Shown: one piece after another, positions 27,820 through 38,109 of the stretch | How the letters are laid out: the number at the start of each line of letters is the position of its first letter | Position numbering within the stretch: position 1 is the stretch's first letter | Assembly: GCA_013813355.1 (NCBI GenBank) | Contig: JACCRT010000004.1 | Span: 175-64,174 of the forward strand | From: Acidobacteriota bacterium | GTDB lineage: Bacteria > Acidobacteriota > Vicinamibacteria > Vicinamibacterales > 2-12-FULL-66-21 | Reading direction: 5' to 3' | Length of the DNA: 64,000 bases | Made by a program: the position numbers and the translations under genes | The notes under the pieces: model-generated | Told to the model about the DNA's origin: nothing | What the model saw: the letters and a program-made list of their open reading frames with translations, nothing else | Databases searched by the model: none

Positions 27820-29588
27820 CAGGGCTCGACTGGGGCGTCGTCGCTCTCTATTTCGTCTTCATGCTGGCCGTCGGCCTGTACTTCGCGCGGCGCGCGGGCC
27901 GGAGCGTGGCGGACTACTTCATCTCCGGCCGGAACCTGCCGTGGTGGGTGATTGCCCTCTCGGCCGTCGCGACATACACCGACGCCGGACTGGCGCCGGC
28001 CGTGACGATGCTGACGTACCAAGGCGGACTGCTCGGCAACGCCGTGTGGTGGATTCCGTACGTGATCTGGATGCCGCTCGGCGCGGTGCTCTGGTCGAAG
28101 TACTGGCGGCGCCTGCGGACGGTCACGTCCGCGGAGCTGCTGGGGATCCGCTACAGCGGCCCCGTCGCGGCCGGCTACCGCGGCGTGTATGCCGGCTTCA
28201 TGAGCTGCGGCTACATCGTCGTGCTGATGGCCTACGTGTCGAGCTGGCTCGGCGCGGCGCTGGGCCCGGTCCTCGGCTGGGATCCGCTAGCCCTGATGCT
28301 GGTGGCCGGCGCAATTGCAGCGCTCTACACCATGACGTCGGGCCTGTCTGGCGTCGCCTACACGGACGCCCTGCAGTTCGGGATCTTTCTCATCGGCAAC
28401 ATCATCCTGGTGCCGATCGCCCTCGGCCAGGTCGGCGGCATGGACGGGGTCTACCGCGGGATCGCCGACCTGCGACCGGACGGCGTCGAGCAGTTCCTCA
28501 GCATCTCGCTGCCGTCGCCGGGGCTCGACACGCTCACAATTGCCGCCTTCGTGGTGCAGGGGCTGTTCTTCGCGGCCTCGCCGACGGGGGGCGAGGGGTT
28601 CACGGCCCAGCGCTTCATGGCGGCGAAGAACGAGTTTCATGCGCAGGTTGGCCAGTTGTTCAACACAATCCTCACGCTCGTCATCCGCGTCGTCCCGTTC
28701 CTGTTGCTCGGGATGATCGCGGCGGCGCTCTACCCGCCGGGCAGCATGGCGGAACCCGGCGAGGCGTGGGCGAGGCTGGTGGGCGCCTATTCCCCGGCCG
28801 GGCTGACGGGCGTGCTGGTGGCCGGCGTGCTGGCGGCCTACATGTCCACCGTCAGCACCGAGATGAACTGGGGCGCATCGTACCTGGTCAACGATCTCTA
28901 CCGGCCAATCCTTCGCCCGGGCCAAAGCGAACGGCATTACGTGCTCGTCGGCCGAATCGGGTCCCTGGCGCTCTTTGCGGCATCGATGATCGTCGCCTAC
29001 TACTTCGTCCACGGCATGCGCGCCTGGTTCCTCTTCATCAACTCGGTCGTCTTCGCGTTCATCCTGCCGCTGTCGTGGCTGCGGTTCTTCTGGTGGCGGC
29101 TGAACATTTACGGCGAGATGGCCGCGCTCACGATCGGCCTCCCGCTCGCGTACCTCGTCTGGTTTCCGCTGGGATTCTCCAACGAGGAGGCGCACCCCTT
29201 CTGGCAGGGCTTCCTGCTGCTGTTCGGCCTGGGCGCAGCGGTGATCATCGGGGTCACGCTGCTCACGCGGCCAGAGCCGACGAGCACGCTGCGCGAGTTC
29301 TATGAACGCTGCCGCCCGCCGGGATGGTGGGGGCCGGTCGTGGATGAACTCGCGCCGGCCGAGCGCGCGCGGATCACGGCCGAGACAAAGCGCGACATCT
29401 TCGACTGCGTGCTGGGGATGGCGTTCGCCGCGTCGGTGATCGTGGCGGTCGTCAGCCCGCTGGGGCATCACTGGGGAACGTTTGCGGTGGCGCTTGCGCT
29501 GGCGGGCGGCAGCGGAACGTGGTTCATCACACGCTGGGCGCGCCGCGGCGTGTTCCGGGCGCTCGGCGACATCGAGGAGGTCACGTGA
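27816..29588 (+). CDS. Second sodium:solute symporter (SSS) family transporter
   Basis: ATGA overlap with the FAH gene. MTGLDWGVVALYFVFMLAVGLYFARRAGRSVADYFISGRNLPWW. Multi-pass membrane protein. Confidence 0.85.
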   Translation: MTGLDWGVVALYFVFMLAVGLYFARRAGRSVADYFISGRNLPWWVIALSAVATYTDAGLAPAVTMLTYQGGLLGNAVWWIPYVIWMPLGAVLWSKYWRRLRTVTSAELLGIRYSGPVAAGYRGVYAGFMSCGYIVVLMAYVSSWLGAALGPVLGWDPLALMLVAGAIAALYTMTSGLSGVAYTDALQFGIFLIGNIILVPIALGQVGGMDGVYRGIADLRPDGVEQFLSISLPSPGLDTLTIAAFVVQGLFFAASPTGGEGFTAQRFMAAKNEFHAQVGQLFNTILTLVIRVVPFLLLGMIAAALYPPGSMAEPGEAWARLVGAYSPAGLTGVLVAGVLAAYMSTVSTEMNWGASYLVNDLYRPILRPGQSERHYVLVGRIGSLALFAASMIVAYYFVHGMRAWFLFINSVVFAFILPLSWLRFFWWRLNIYGEMAALTIGLPLAYLVWFPLGFSNEEAHPFWQGFLLLFGLGAAVIIGVTLLTRPEPTSTLREFYERCRPPGWWGPVVDELAPAERARITAETKRDIFDCVLGMAFAASVIVAVVSPLGHHWGTFAVALALAGGSGTWFITRWARRGVFRALGDIEEVT

Positions 29589-31195
29589 CACGAACAACTG
29601 GCAAAGCGTGGCGGACGGGCGCATGTCTGGCTGGCTCACTGCTGCTCGTCGCAGCGGCGATGGCGCAGGGCCGCGCAGGGCCGGCGGCCCAGGAGCCGGC
29701 CCGTGCCGGGAAGCTCGTGCTGTGGGCGCACCCGCCGGATGTCGGCCGGACGCCGGAGGAAGTCGAAGCGTTCCTCGCACGAGCGGCCCGCAGCGGCGTG
29801 GACGACATCCTGGTGCTTGTGAAGGGCATGTCAGGAGAGATCTACTGGCAGAGCGACCGGTTCCAGGACTCGACCGCCGCCGCATGGAAGGATGCCGACC
29901 TCCTCGAGCTGCTCGTCCCGCGCGCGCGGAAGCACAAGATCGGCATTCACGCCTGGCTGGTGGACTTCGTCGAGGGGCAGCGGAGCGCCGTGTACCAGAA
30001 GAACCTGCACTGGGCGCAGCTCAACCCTGCCGGTGAGACGACCCTCTCCGAGACGCTGGGCGTCGAGCGGCGGCCGTATCCCTACGTCTGGATGTGCCCC
30101 GCGCAGCGGCCCGGATACACGGATCAGTGGCTGCTGCCGATGATCGAGGAGATCGCGCGGAAGTACGACGTGGCCGGCATCCATCACGATTACGTGCGCT
30201 ACCCCGGCGACGTGGCGCCAGACGCGTACTGCTTCTGCGACTACTGCCTGGCCAACATTCCGCGCCACGCGATGCTGCAGTACGAGGCGAGGGCGAGCCA
30301 GCGCAGCCGCGTGCGTCCGGTGCAGGAGCGCCTCGAGGCGAACTGGTGGAGCGATCCGACGGTGCAGCCGCCGGAGTGGGACCAGCGCGACCGCCGCGAG
30401 AAGGCGGACTTCCTGCTGAATGGCCGGACCACCCCGCTGGGGCCGCCCGACATGCGGTACTTCTTCTACGACTACCGCGTGCACCAGATCGACCGGTTCG
30501 TGCGCGAGAGCTGGGACCTGGTGAAGAAGATCAATCCCAGGCTGGAGATCTCGTCGGCCGTGTTCAGGAACCCCGTGCAGAGCGCACGGTACATCGGCCA
30601 GCAGTGGCACGGCTGGAACCCCTGGACCGATTTCTACACGCCGATGTCGTACCGAAGCCACTTCGCGGGGGACTTCGAGACGTACCTCGAGCGGCTCGAG
30701 GAGACGACCGCCCGGCAGATGGAGTGGATCGGCCGCGGCCGGCCCCTTTACGCGGGGATCGCGACCACTTATCTCTATCGCGAAGAGCAAGAGCCGATCG
30801 ACAACCTGCGCGCGGCGGCGGACCGGCTCCACGCGGCGGGCGCCGACGGTGAGGAGCGCGCAAAGGCGGCGGCGGCGGTCCGCGAGGGGCACCGCGTTCT
30901 CGACGGGACCCTGAGGCCGGTTTCGGCCGACCGGTCGAAGGAGATCGCGCACCTCGTCGAGGCCGCGCTGGCTCCCGGAGCGGACCGAGCGACCGTCGAG
31001 TCTCTCGACAAGGCGCTGGCCGAGCTCCGACTGCGTCCTCCCGCCGGGTTTTACCCTCCGGAGAAGCTGACGCGCGCCATTGCGGCCGCGCAGCGGGGCA
31101 ACCCCGACGGGATTGCAATCTTTTCGGCAGGCTCGTTGACGCGGGAAGACCTGTGGCCGGCGCTGGAAGCCGCGTCCAGGGAGTGGCGGCGATGA
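29585..31195 (+). CDS. Secreted glycoside-hydrolase-like family 10 (GHL10/DUF187, YngK-like) TIM-barrel protein
   Basis: GTGA overlap and a signal peptide (ACLAGSLLLVAAAMAQG). GHL10-type blocks (VDDILVLVKG, KIGIHAWLVDF, YVWMCPAQ, DVAGIHHDYVRYPG, CFCDYC). Confidence 0.65.
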   Translation: MTRTTGKAWRTGACLAGSLLLVAAAMAQGRAGPAAQEPARAGKLVLWAHPPDVGRTPEEVEAFLARAARSGVDDILVLVKGMSGEIYWQSDRFQDSTAAAWKDADLLELLVPRARKHKIGIHAWLVDFVEGQRSAVYQKNLHWAQLNPAGETTLSETLGVERRPYPYVWMCPAQRPGYTDQWLLPMIEEIARKYDVAGIHHDYVRYPGDVAPDAYCFCDYCLANIPRHAMLQYEARASQRSRVRPVQERLEANWWSDPTVQPPEWDQRDRREKADFLLNGRTTPLGPPDMRYFFYDYRVHQIDRFVRESWDLVKKINPRLEISSAVFRNPVQSARYIGQQWHGWNPWTDFYTPMSYRSHFAGDFETYLERLEETTARQMEWIGRGRPLYAGIATTYLYREEQEPIDNLRAAADRLHAAGADGEERAKAAAAVREGHRVLDGTLRPVSADRSKEIAHLVEAALAPGADRATVESLDKALAELRLRPPAGFYPPEKLTRAIAAAQRGNPDGIAIFSAGSLTREDLWPALEAASREWRR

Positions 31196-34100
31196 GGACC
31201 GGCGCATCCGGCCTCGCCCGTGTCGCGCTGCTGGCCGGGGGCGGTCTGCTGGCCTGCGGCATGCCGCTCCTGGCGGCCCCGCCCGACGGCAAGGCCCCGG
31301 TGCTCGAGCCTGTCGTGATCGTGGAGGATTTCCAGCACGATCGGCTGGGCGAGTTCGCGAGCTATCCACCCGCACAGGACAACGGCTATGATCCATCGCT
31401 CGCGCCGACCGCGCGGTATGGCGCGCCAGACGGCCGCGCCTTGATGCGGGAAGTCAGGCCGACCGCCACCGGACCGCTGCACATCGGGTTCATCCGGCAA
31501 TTCGATCTCGTCTCCGCCCCGGACATGAACCTGGGCTTCCAGTACCGCCTCGAAGCTCCGGGGGCTGACGGGGCGATCGAGGTCGGGCTGGCCGGACGCG
31601 ACGGGCGGCGCTACGTCGCCCGCACTCCAGGGCGCAGCGGCGCGTGGGCGCCGGCGCGGTTCGAGGCGTCGGACTTCCGGGCGGCGGAGGGCGGTGGGCC
31701 GCTGCCGCCCGACACGCGAATCGAGGCGGTCTACATCGTCGCGGTGCTGCCCGCGGCGAACCCCGCAATCACCTACAGGTTCCTCATCGACGACCTCCGG
31801 ATCGCCGCGCGCCGGGCGGCGGGGTTCGAGCTGCTGAGCCCGCCCGCCCGCGCCGTGGCGGCCGGACGGGCGCTCACGGCCGAACGCGGCTTCGTCCGCG
31901 GGGAAGCCGTCGCGATCGAGGCTGCGGCGCCAGTCCCGCTCGCCGCTGTGGACGCCATCCTGCTCGGCCCCGACGGCGAGGAAATCGCGCGGGGCGCCCT
32001 CCGGAGCGACGTCGGTGGACGCTGGACCGCACCCGACGTGCACACGATCCGCCAGACCGATCCGCGCGGCGTCTGGACGGCGGTCCTCGACGGGCGGACG
32101 GCGGACGGACACCGGGTCTCGAGCCACGTGCGATTCATCGTCGGCGACCGCGAACCGCAGCGGCACCCCAGGCTCGTTGTCGATGCCGGAGATCGGGAGC
32201 GCCTCCTCGCCCAGAGGACGCATCCCGAGATGGCGGAGCTGTGGACGCGCATCGCGGCCGTCGCAAAGAGCGCGCGCGACACCGGCCCGGTCGCGCACGG
32301 CGGCGAGATCTTCGAGCTGCTCGATCGTGAATACCTGCTGCCGTCGCTGCCTGCCTACTTCGACGTGGTGAATCGCGCGCGGGCCCGCATTGCGAACAAC
32401 GCTCTGGTCGCGTGGATCGAGGAGGACGACGAGGCCTTCGACGCCGCGCGGCAGACGATGCTGGAGGTCGCGGGATGGGGCCGGTGGGAGCCCCCCTGGT
32501 TCACCGCCATGGGACAGCACACCTACTATCCCGCGGGACTGCTGGCCGGCGCGGTGGCCCTCGGGTACGACCTGCTGTACGACCGACTGAGCGAGGACGA
32601 ACGCCGACGGATCCGCCAGGCCCTCTTCGAGCGCGTCATCCTGCCGACGTGGCGCGAGTACGTGGTCGACAACCGCGTGATGGCGAACACCAGCAACTGG
32701 ATCTCACACACGGTGGGGGGCGCCATTTTCGCGGCGGCCGCGATTGCCGGAGACGGGAGCCCCACCGAGGCGGAGGCCCTCCATCTGCCGCTGAACGGCC
32801 TCCTGCTCAAGATCGAGGCGCACATGGCGGCGAGCTTCCTGGCCGACGGCAGCTACGGTGAGGGAATCAGCTACCTGGAGTTCAACCTGGACACGCTGGG
32901 GCCGATGCTGAACGCGCTCGACCGGGTCCTCGGGCACTCCTACTGGGATCGCACGCACGTGCTGTCCTCGCTCGCCTACCCGCTCCACACCCTGGCACAG
33001 CCCCCTTCCGAGAGCCTCGATCAGGGCGACACGCACCCGCCGGCCGGGCACGGCATCGGCCCGGTCGTCTCGCGCTCGAACGATCCCGTGCTCCGCTGGT
33101 ACGCGGGGCGGTTCGAGGCGCGCACGATCTGGGACTTCATGTCCTTCAGCGACAGGGTCGCGCCGGAGCCGCCGTCGGGCCACGGGTCCCGGCTCTTCGG
33201 CGTCAAGGGGAACGCCGTGTTCCGCACCGGCTGGGGCGAGGACGACGCGATTGTCCTGTTCCGCGCGGGACCGACGTTCAACCACAATCACAACGACCAG
33301 GGATCCTTCCTGATCCGGAACTTCGGCGAGGGACTCACGACCGAGGCCGGCTGGTCCGACTACTACAAGGATCCGTACTACGGCACGTTCTTCACACAGG
33401 CGGCCGGCCACAGCACGCTGCTCGTGGACGGGCATCCGGAAAGCCAGGTGATCGCCGACACGCGGCAGTTCGCGGCGCTCGACAGCTACCCGCGGATCAC
33501 CGACTACGTCTCGAGCGGGTTCTACGAGGCGCTTGGCAGCGACCTGGCGTCCGTGTATCCTCGGTTGTCGGCCTATACCCGGCGGCTCGCGTACCTGAAG
33601 CCCGACCTGCTGGTTGTGTTCGACCGGGTGACGGCGCATGAGCCGGCTCAGTACAACGTGCTGCTGCACGTCGCTGACCGCGGGCGCGCCACCACGACCG
33701 ACCACGGCGGCCGTTTCGAAGGAGCGCGGGCGACGCTGTCGCTGCGGGCGTTCTCATCCGAGCCCACCGCCATCGCGCTGCGGGACGGCCGGATCTCTTA
33801 TCCGGTGCTCGCCACGCGTGCCCCGTCGGCGCCTCCGCCGCAGCCGGCGTTCTTCGACCTGCAGACCACGCGTCCGGCTGGCGCCGCATGGGTCATCTCG
33901 GTGCTCGCCATGCGGCCCCGCGCGGGCGACGCCGACGCGCTCACCGCGGCTGTCGAGCCCATCTCCGCCGGTGGCTGGACAGGCGTCCGCGCCTCTCGCG
34001 ACGGACGCCGCGAGACAGTGCTGTTCCGGGCGAGCGCCGCCGCCGGCCCCCTCTCATTCGAGGAATGGACGACCGACGCGGCGTCGTGGATGGTGAGCGA

Positions 34101-34410
34101 GGGCCCGGATTTCCCTCGCTTCGGCGTGCAGGGCGCTCGACGCCTCGAACGGAACGGCCGGCTGCTGCTGGCCGCCGACGCGCCGATCGACGCCGCCGTG
34201 CAGCTTGGGACCGCCGGCGTCGAAGCAGACGTGCGAACCGACGAGGCCGGGGTGCTGCGCCTGGCTCTTGAGTTCAGGGCTCGCCGGGTGACGATCGACG
34301 GACGGGAACTACCGCCGGCCTCGTGGCGTCAGTCGGGCCAGGTGCTCGCCGTCCCGATCCCCGCGGGCGAGAGCCGAATCGTCGTGGAGATGGACCCGGG
34401 AGGTCGGTGA
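31192..34410 (+). CDS. Heparinase II/III-family polysaccharide lyase-like protein
   Basis: ATGA overlap and a signal peptide. (alpha/alpha)-toroid middle region. Heparinase II/III signature FNHNHNDQGSFLIRNFGEGLTTEAGWSDYY...QAAGHSTLLVDG. 1072 aa. Confidence 0.75.
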   Translation: MRTGASGLARVALLAGGGLLACGMPLLAAPPDGKAPVLEPVVIVEDFQHDRLGEFASYPPAQDNGYDPSLAPTARYGAPDGRALMREVRPTATGPLHIGFIRQFDLVSAPDMNLGFQYRLEAPGADGAIEVGLAGRDGRRYVARTPGRSGAWAPARFEASDFRAAEGGGPLPPDTRIEAVYIVAVLPAANPAITYRFLIDDLRIAARRAAGFELLSPPARAVAAGRALTAERGFVRGEAVAIEAAAPVPLAAVDAILLGPDGEEIARGALRSDVGGRWTAPDVHTIRQTDPRGVWTAVLDGRTADGHRVSSHVRFIVGDREPQRHPRLVVDAGDRERLLAQRTHPEMAELWTRIAAVAKSARDTGPVAHGGEIFELLDREYLLPSLPAYFDVVNRARARIANNALVAWIEEDDEAFDAARQTMLEVAGWGRWEPPWFTAMGQHTYYPAGLLAGAVALGYDLLYDRLSEDERRRIRQALFERVILPTWREYVVDNRVMANTSNWISHTVGGAIFAAAAIAGDGSPTEAEALHLPLNGLLLKIEAHMAASFLADGSYGEGISYLEFNLDTLGPMLNALDRVLGHSYWDRTHVLSSLAYPLHTLAQPPSESLDQGDTHPPAGHGIGPVVSRSNDPVLRWYAGRFEARTIWDFMSFSDRVAPEPPSGHGSRLFGVKGNAVFRTGWGEDDAIVLFRAGPTFNHNHNDQGSFLIRNFGEGLTTEAGWSDYYKDPYYGTFFTQAAGHSTLLVDGHPESQVIADTRQFAALDSYPRITDYVSSGFYEALGSDLASVYPRLSAYTRRLAYLKPDLLVVFDRVTAHEPAQYNVLLHVADRGRATTTDHGGRFEGARATLSLRAFSSEPTAIALRDGRISYPVLATRAPSAPPPQPAFFDLQTTRPAGAAWVISVLAMRPRAGDADALTAAVEPISAGGWTGVRASRDGRRETVLFRASAAAGPLSFEEWTTDAASWMVSEGPDFPRFGVQGARRLERNGRLLLAADAPIDAAVQLGTAGVEADVRTDEAGVLRLALEFRARRVTIDGRELPPASWRQSGQVLAVPIPAGESRIVVEMDPGGR

Positions 34411-34413
34411 GAC

Positions 34414-35664
34414 ATGACTCGGCGCCAGATCCTCCGGACTCTGGGGACGAGCGTCCTCGCCGTCGCGGCCCATCCACGCATCCCCGCCCGAGCGCAGACG
34501 CAGCCGCCGGCGCGCCCACTCCCCGCGAGCGAGTTCGACTACGTGGACTGGAGCTGGGACCGCTGGCGGGAGGTGACCGGCGCGACCGCGGCCCTGCCGG
34601 CGCAGCGCCGGCCGCAGGCCGGACGGGCGGAACTCGTGGATCTGCTGAACCCGGAAGGGGTGCCGTCCCCCCCACCATGGGAGGAGCGACGCGCCGAAAT
34701 CCGCGCGGCACTCCGCCCGTACCTGGGCGACGCACCAGCCGCCTCCTCAGCGCTCGCGCCACGTACGTTGACCGAGGAGCGCGCCGGCTCACACCTGCGC
34801 CGGGACGTCACCTTTCGCGCCGGCACCGGCGAAGAAATTCCCGCTTCCCTGCTGATCCCGCCGCGCCTGAAGGGCCGCGCGCCGGTCGTCCTCTGCCCGC
34901 ACCAGACGACGCAGGAGGCCAGGCGGGAGCCGGCGGGCCTGGCGGGGAATCCCGAGCAGTTCACGGCGCGGCGCCTCGTCGAGCGAGGCTACGTTACGCT
35001 GACGTGGGACGCGATCGCCTTCGGCGAGCGGCACGACCCGGCAAGCGGCCACTATGGCGACGCGATTCCCTTTTACGAAGCGCATCCCCGATGGTCGTTG
35101 CTCGGGAAGATGATTGCGGACCTGGGCCGTGCGGTCGATTACCTGGAGACGCTCGACTTCGTCGATCCGCGGCGCATCGGATGCGTGGGTCACTCCCACG
35201 GCGGGATCACCACGCTCTTCGGATTGGCGCTGGACGAACGACTCGCCGCCGGCGCGGCCAACTGCGGCTTCGACGCGTTCCGGATCGACGGGAACGTGTT
35301 CCGCTGGTCGCATGCGACGGCCCTGCTCCCGCGCCTGGGCTTCTTCGTCGGCAGCCCCTACATCGACATGGATCTCTACCGGGCGGTCCCCGACTCGGAG
35401 GTCATCCAGGTTCCCTTCGACATGCACGAGGTGCTGGCGCTCGCCGCTCCGCGTCCCCTGCTGCTCTCGACGTCCGACGAGGACTTCGTCTTCCCGAACG
35501 CCGGCTGGAGCGCGCGGCAGGCACTCGCGCGGCTCGCGCCGGTCTACGAGAAACTGGGCGGAACCGACCGCGTGGAGTCCATCTTCTTCAGGGACGGCCA
35601 CAGCCTTCCACCCGCCATCGCCGGGCGGATCTATTCGTGGCTGGACAAGTGGCTGGAGCCATGA
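34414..35664 (+). CDS. Tat-exported alpha/beta hydrolase (esterase/dienelactone-hydrolase-like)
   Basis: Leader MTRRQILRTLGTSVLAVAAHPRIPARA. Nucleophile elbow GCVGHSHGG. Confidence 0.7.
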   Translation: MTRRQILRTLGTSVLAVAAHPRIPARAQTQPPARPLPASEFDYVDWSWDRWREVTGATAALPAQRRPQAGRAELVDLLNPEGVPSPPPWEERRAEIRAALRPYLGDAPAASSALAPRTLTEERAGSHLRRDVTFRAGTGEEIPASLLIPPRLKGRAPVVLCPHQTTQEARREPAGLAGNPEQFTARRLVERGYVTLTWDAIAFGERHDPASGHYGDAIPFYEAHPRWSLLGKMIADLGRAVDYLETLDFVDPRRIGCVGHSHGGITTLFGLALDERLAAGAANCGFDAFRIDGNVFRWSHATALLPRLGFFVGSPYIDMDLYRAVPDSEVIQVPFDMHEVLALAAPRPLLLSTSDEDFVFPNAGWSARQALARLAPVYEKLGGTDRVESIFFRDGHSLPPAIAGRIYSWLDKWLEP

Positions 35665-36641
35665 TCGACCAGGTGCTGCTGGCGATCGACGGAGGCGGGA
35701 CCCGCACCCGATGCCTTGCGGTCACCCGGCTAGGCGTTGTCATCGGGCGCGCCGAGGCTGGCGCGTCGAACGACCTCCAGGTCGGGCCAGGCGTGGCGCT
35801 CGCGTCGATCGAGCAGGCTCTGCGCGAGGCGCTCGACAGCGGCGGCGTCTCGCGCGACCGGGTTGCCGCGGTCGCGGCGGGCCTGGCCGGCGTCGACGCC
35901 GACGGAACGGGCGCGGGCCACTGGACGGACGCCTTCCTGGCGATGGGGTTTCCGGCCGCCTTCGTCCACGGCGACATGATCGCGGCCCATCGCGGCGCGC
36001 TCGCCAACGCACCCGGCATCGTCGCCGTCGCCGGAACGGGATCGGTGGTCGTCGGCATCGGCGCGGACGGCGCGATGGTGAAAGTCGGGGGATGGGGCCC
36101 GATCTACGGCAACGAGGGCAGCGCGTACTGGATTGGACGCGAGGGGCTGCGGGCGGCCGCGCGCGCGGCGGACGGCCGCGGCCCGCAGACGGCGCTCGTC
36201 GCGCGGCTCGGAACCAGGCTCGGCGTCGGGAGCTTCACGCGGAGCATCGATGCGGTCTACGGGAGATCCATGGGACAGCAGGAGATCGCCGCCCTGGCGC
36301 CGGAGGTCCATGCCGCCGCCGAAGCTGGAGACGCTTCCGCCGCGCAAGTCTGCGCGGCAGCGGCGGCGGACTTGGCGGAGGCGGTCATCGCGGCGGTGGC
36401 CCGCCTCGGCTCCGCCGAGGCGCGGACCGTCTCTTACCAGGGCGGGTTGCTTCTGGACTGCCCGCTCATCCGCACGGAGTTCGAGCTCCGACTGCGGCAC
36501 GCAGTGCTGGACCTCCGACCGCCGCAACACCCGCCGGTGGTCGGAGCGTTCCTGCTTGGCTGTCGCAGCCTGGGCTGGGACCCGGCCCCGGCGCTGCACC
36601 GCCTCTCGGCACCAGCGGGACTCCGGTCGGAGCGGACATGA
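35661..36641 (+). CDS. BadF/BadG/BcrA/BcrD-type ATPase (N-acetylglucosamine-kinase-like sugar kinase)
   Basis: ATGA overlap. LLAIDGGGTRTRC phosphate-1 motif, VAGTGSV, and GGWGPIYGNEGSAYWIG. Confidence 0.8.
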   Translation: MIDQVLLAIDGGGTRTRCLAVTRLGVVIGRAEAGASNDLQVGPGVALASIEQALREALDSGGVSRDRVAAVAAGLAGVDADGTGAGHWTDAFLAMGFPAAFVHGDMIAAHRGALANAPGIVAVAGTGSVVVGIGADGAMVKVGGWGPIYGNEGSAYWIGREGLRAAARAADGRGPQTALVARLGTRLGVGSFTRSIDAVYGRSMGQQEIAALAPEVHAAAEAGDASAAQVCAAAAADLAEAVIAAVARLGSAEARTVSYQGGLLLDCPLIRTEFELRLRHAVLDLRPPQHPPVVGAFLLGCRSLGWDPAPALHRLSAPAGLRSERT

Positions 36642-37432
36642 CGGCCGTGGACAACTACTTCGCCGCCGCCAGCCGGCTGCTCGCGCGCATCGCCAGCGAG
36701 CAACGGGAGCCGATCATGCGGGCCGGCCGCGAAGTGTCCGCCACCATCGCGGGGGGCGGCGTGCTGCACGTCTTTGGCAGCGGCCACTCGCACCTCATTG
36801 CCGAAGAGGCATTCTTCCGGGCCGGCGGCCTGGCGGCCGTGAACCCGGTTGTCGACGAGCGGCTCGCCTTCCAGCACGGCGCCCTCGAGAGCACGCGCGC
36901 CGAGCACCGTCCAGGCTACGCGCAGGAGATCCTCGCGCGCGAGGTGCTCCGTCCCGGCGAGGCCGCGATTGTGGTGTCGAACTCCGGGCGCAACGCGGTT
37001 CCGGTCGAGATGGCACTCGCCCTCCGGGCCATCGGCTTGAAGGTCATCGCCATCACCAGTGTGGAGAACTCGAGATCGGCGCCGCCGGACCACGCCTCCG
37101 GGCTGCGGCTGTTCGAGATCGCCGACGTCGTCCTCGATACGTGCGTGCCGACCGGCGACGCGGCGATAGATGTGCCTGGACTCGCAACGCGGATGGGGCC
37201 GCTCTCCACCATTGCCGGCGCGGCGATTGTCCACGCGATAGCGATTGCCGCGGCGACCGACCTGGCCGCACAGGGCCGTGCCGTGCCGGCGCTGCCGAGT
37301 GCGAACGTGCCCGGGACGACGGAAGAGATGCTGCGCGGGTTGCTCAGGCCGTACCGGGACCGCGTGCGCTTCCTGGCGCTGGACGACGATGAGGCCCCGG
37401 CCGGGGAGTCGGACGCTCGATACCCGCCATGA
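36638..37432 (+). CDS. SIS-domain protein of the UPF0309 type
   Basis: ATGA overlap. HVFGSGHSHLIAEEAFFRAGGLAAVNP and VVSNSGRNAVPVEMA are typical of UPF0309 SIS proteins. Confidence 0.75.
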   Translation: MTAVDNYFAAASRLLARIASEQREPIMRAGREVSATIAGGGVLHVFGSGHSHLIAEEAFFRAGGLAAVNPVVDERLAFQHGALESTRAEHRPGYAQEILAREVLRPGEAAIVVSNSGRNAVPVEMALALRAIGLKVIAITSVENSRSAPPDHASGLRLFEIADVVLDTCVPTGDAAIDVPGLATRMGPLSTIAGAAIVHAIAIAAATDLAAQGRAVPALPSANVPGTTEEMLRGLLRPYRDRVRFLALDDDEAPAGESDARYPP

Positions 37433-38109
37433 GCCTGCTTCTCGAGGTAATCGCCTGCTCGACCCGGGACGCGGTCGAAGCCGACCGCGGCGGCGCCGGC
37501 CGGCTCGAGATCGTGCGGGACTTAGAGCGAGGCGGCCTCACGCCGCCGGCGCTACTCGTGCGCGCAATCCGCGACGCGTCCAGGCTGCCGGTGCGCGTGA
37601 TGATCCGCGAACAGAGCGGCTATGGCGCCGGCAGCGACGCCGACCTGGAGCAGCTGGCGCGATACGCAGGGCAGATGAGGGCGCTCGGTGTCGATGGGCT
37701 GGTGCTGGGCTTCCTGCGAGCCGGCAGCCTCGATACCGTCGCGATGAACGCGATCGTCGCCGCGGCGCCAGGCGTGCCGATCACGTTTCATCACGCCTTC
37801 GACGAACTGCCCGACGCCCGCGCGGCTTTGAGCGAGCTGAACCGCTGGCCGGAGGTCGATCGCGTGCTGTCGGCCGGCGGGGTCGGGGACTGGACCGGGC
37901 GCGCCCGCCGGTTGGGCGAGCTGTCGCGGATCGCGGGTCCACGCACGATTCTCCCAGGCGGCGGCGTTGACGAGGCGGCGCTGCGCATCCTCGCGCGCAC
38001 CCGGGGGATCCGCGAGGCGCACGTGGGGCGGGCCGCCCGCACGCCGGCGGCGCCCGGCGGGTCCGTCGACCGCCGTGCGGTGGCGGGGCTGGTCGCAGCC
38101 ACAAGATGA
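37429..38109 (+). CDS. cutC: CutC-family protein
   Basis: ATGA overlap. LLEVIACSTRDAVEADRGGAGRLEIVRDLERGGLTP...ITFHHAFD...RVLSAGG follows the CutC TIM-barrel pattern. Confidence 0.8.
   Translation: MSLLLEVIACSTRDAVEADRGGAGRLEIVRDLERGGLTPPALLVRAIRDASRLPVRVMIREQSGYGAGSDADLEQLARYAGQMRALGVDGLVLGFLRAGSLDTVAMNAIVAAAPGVPITFHHAFDELPDARAALSELNRWPEVDRVLSAGGVGDWTGRARRLGELSRIAGPRTILPGGGVDEAALRILARTRGIREAHVGRAARTPAAPGGSVDRRAVAGLVAATR

Noticed and set aside
28287-32520. Series of 490-530-aa minus-strand ORFs (28287..29885, 29831..31396, 31051..32520)
   Set aside because: They are antisense to the SSS, GHL10 and heparinase-like genes and have low-complexity composition.
34323-37432. Two 772-aa plus-strand ORFs (34323..36641 and 35114..37432) spanning several genes
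   Set aside because: Only their C-terminal parts (the BadF kinase from 35661 and the SIS protein from 36638) are real. The N-terminal parts are alternative frames of the esterase and kinase genes and are Arg/Pro-rich.
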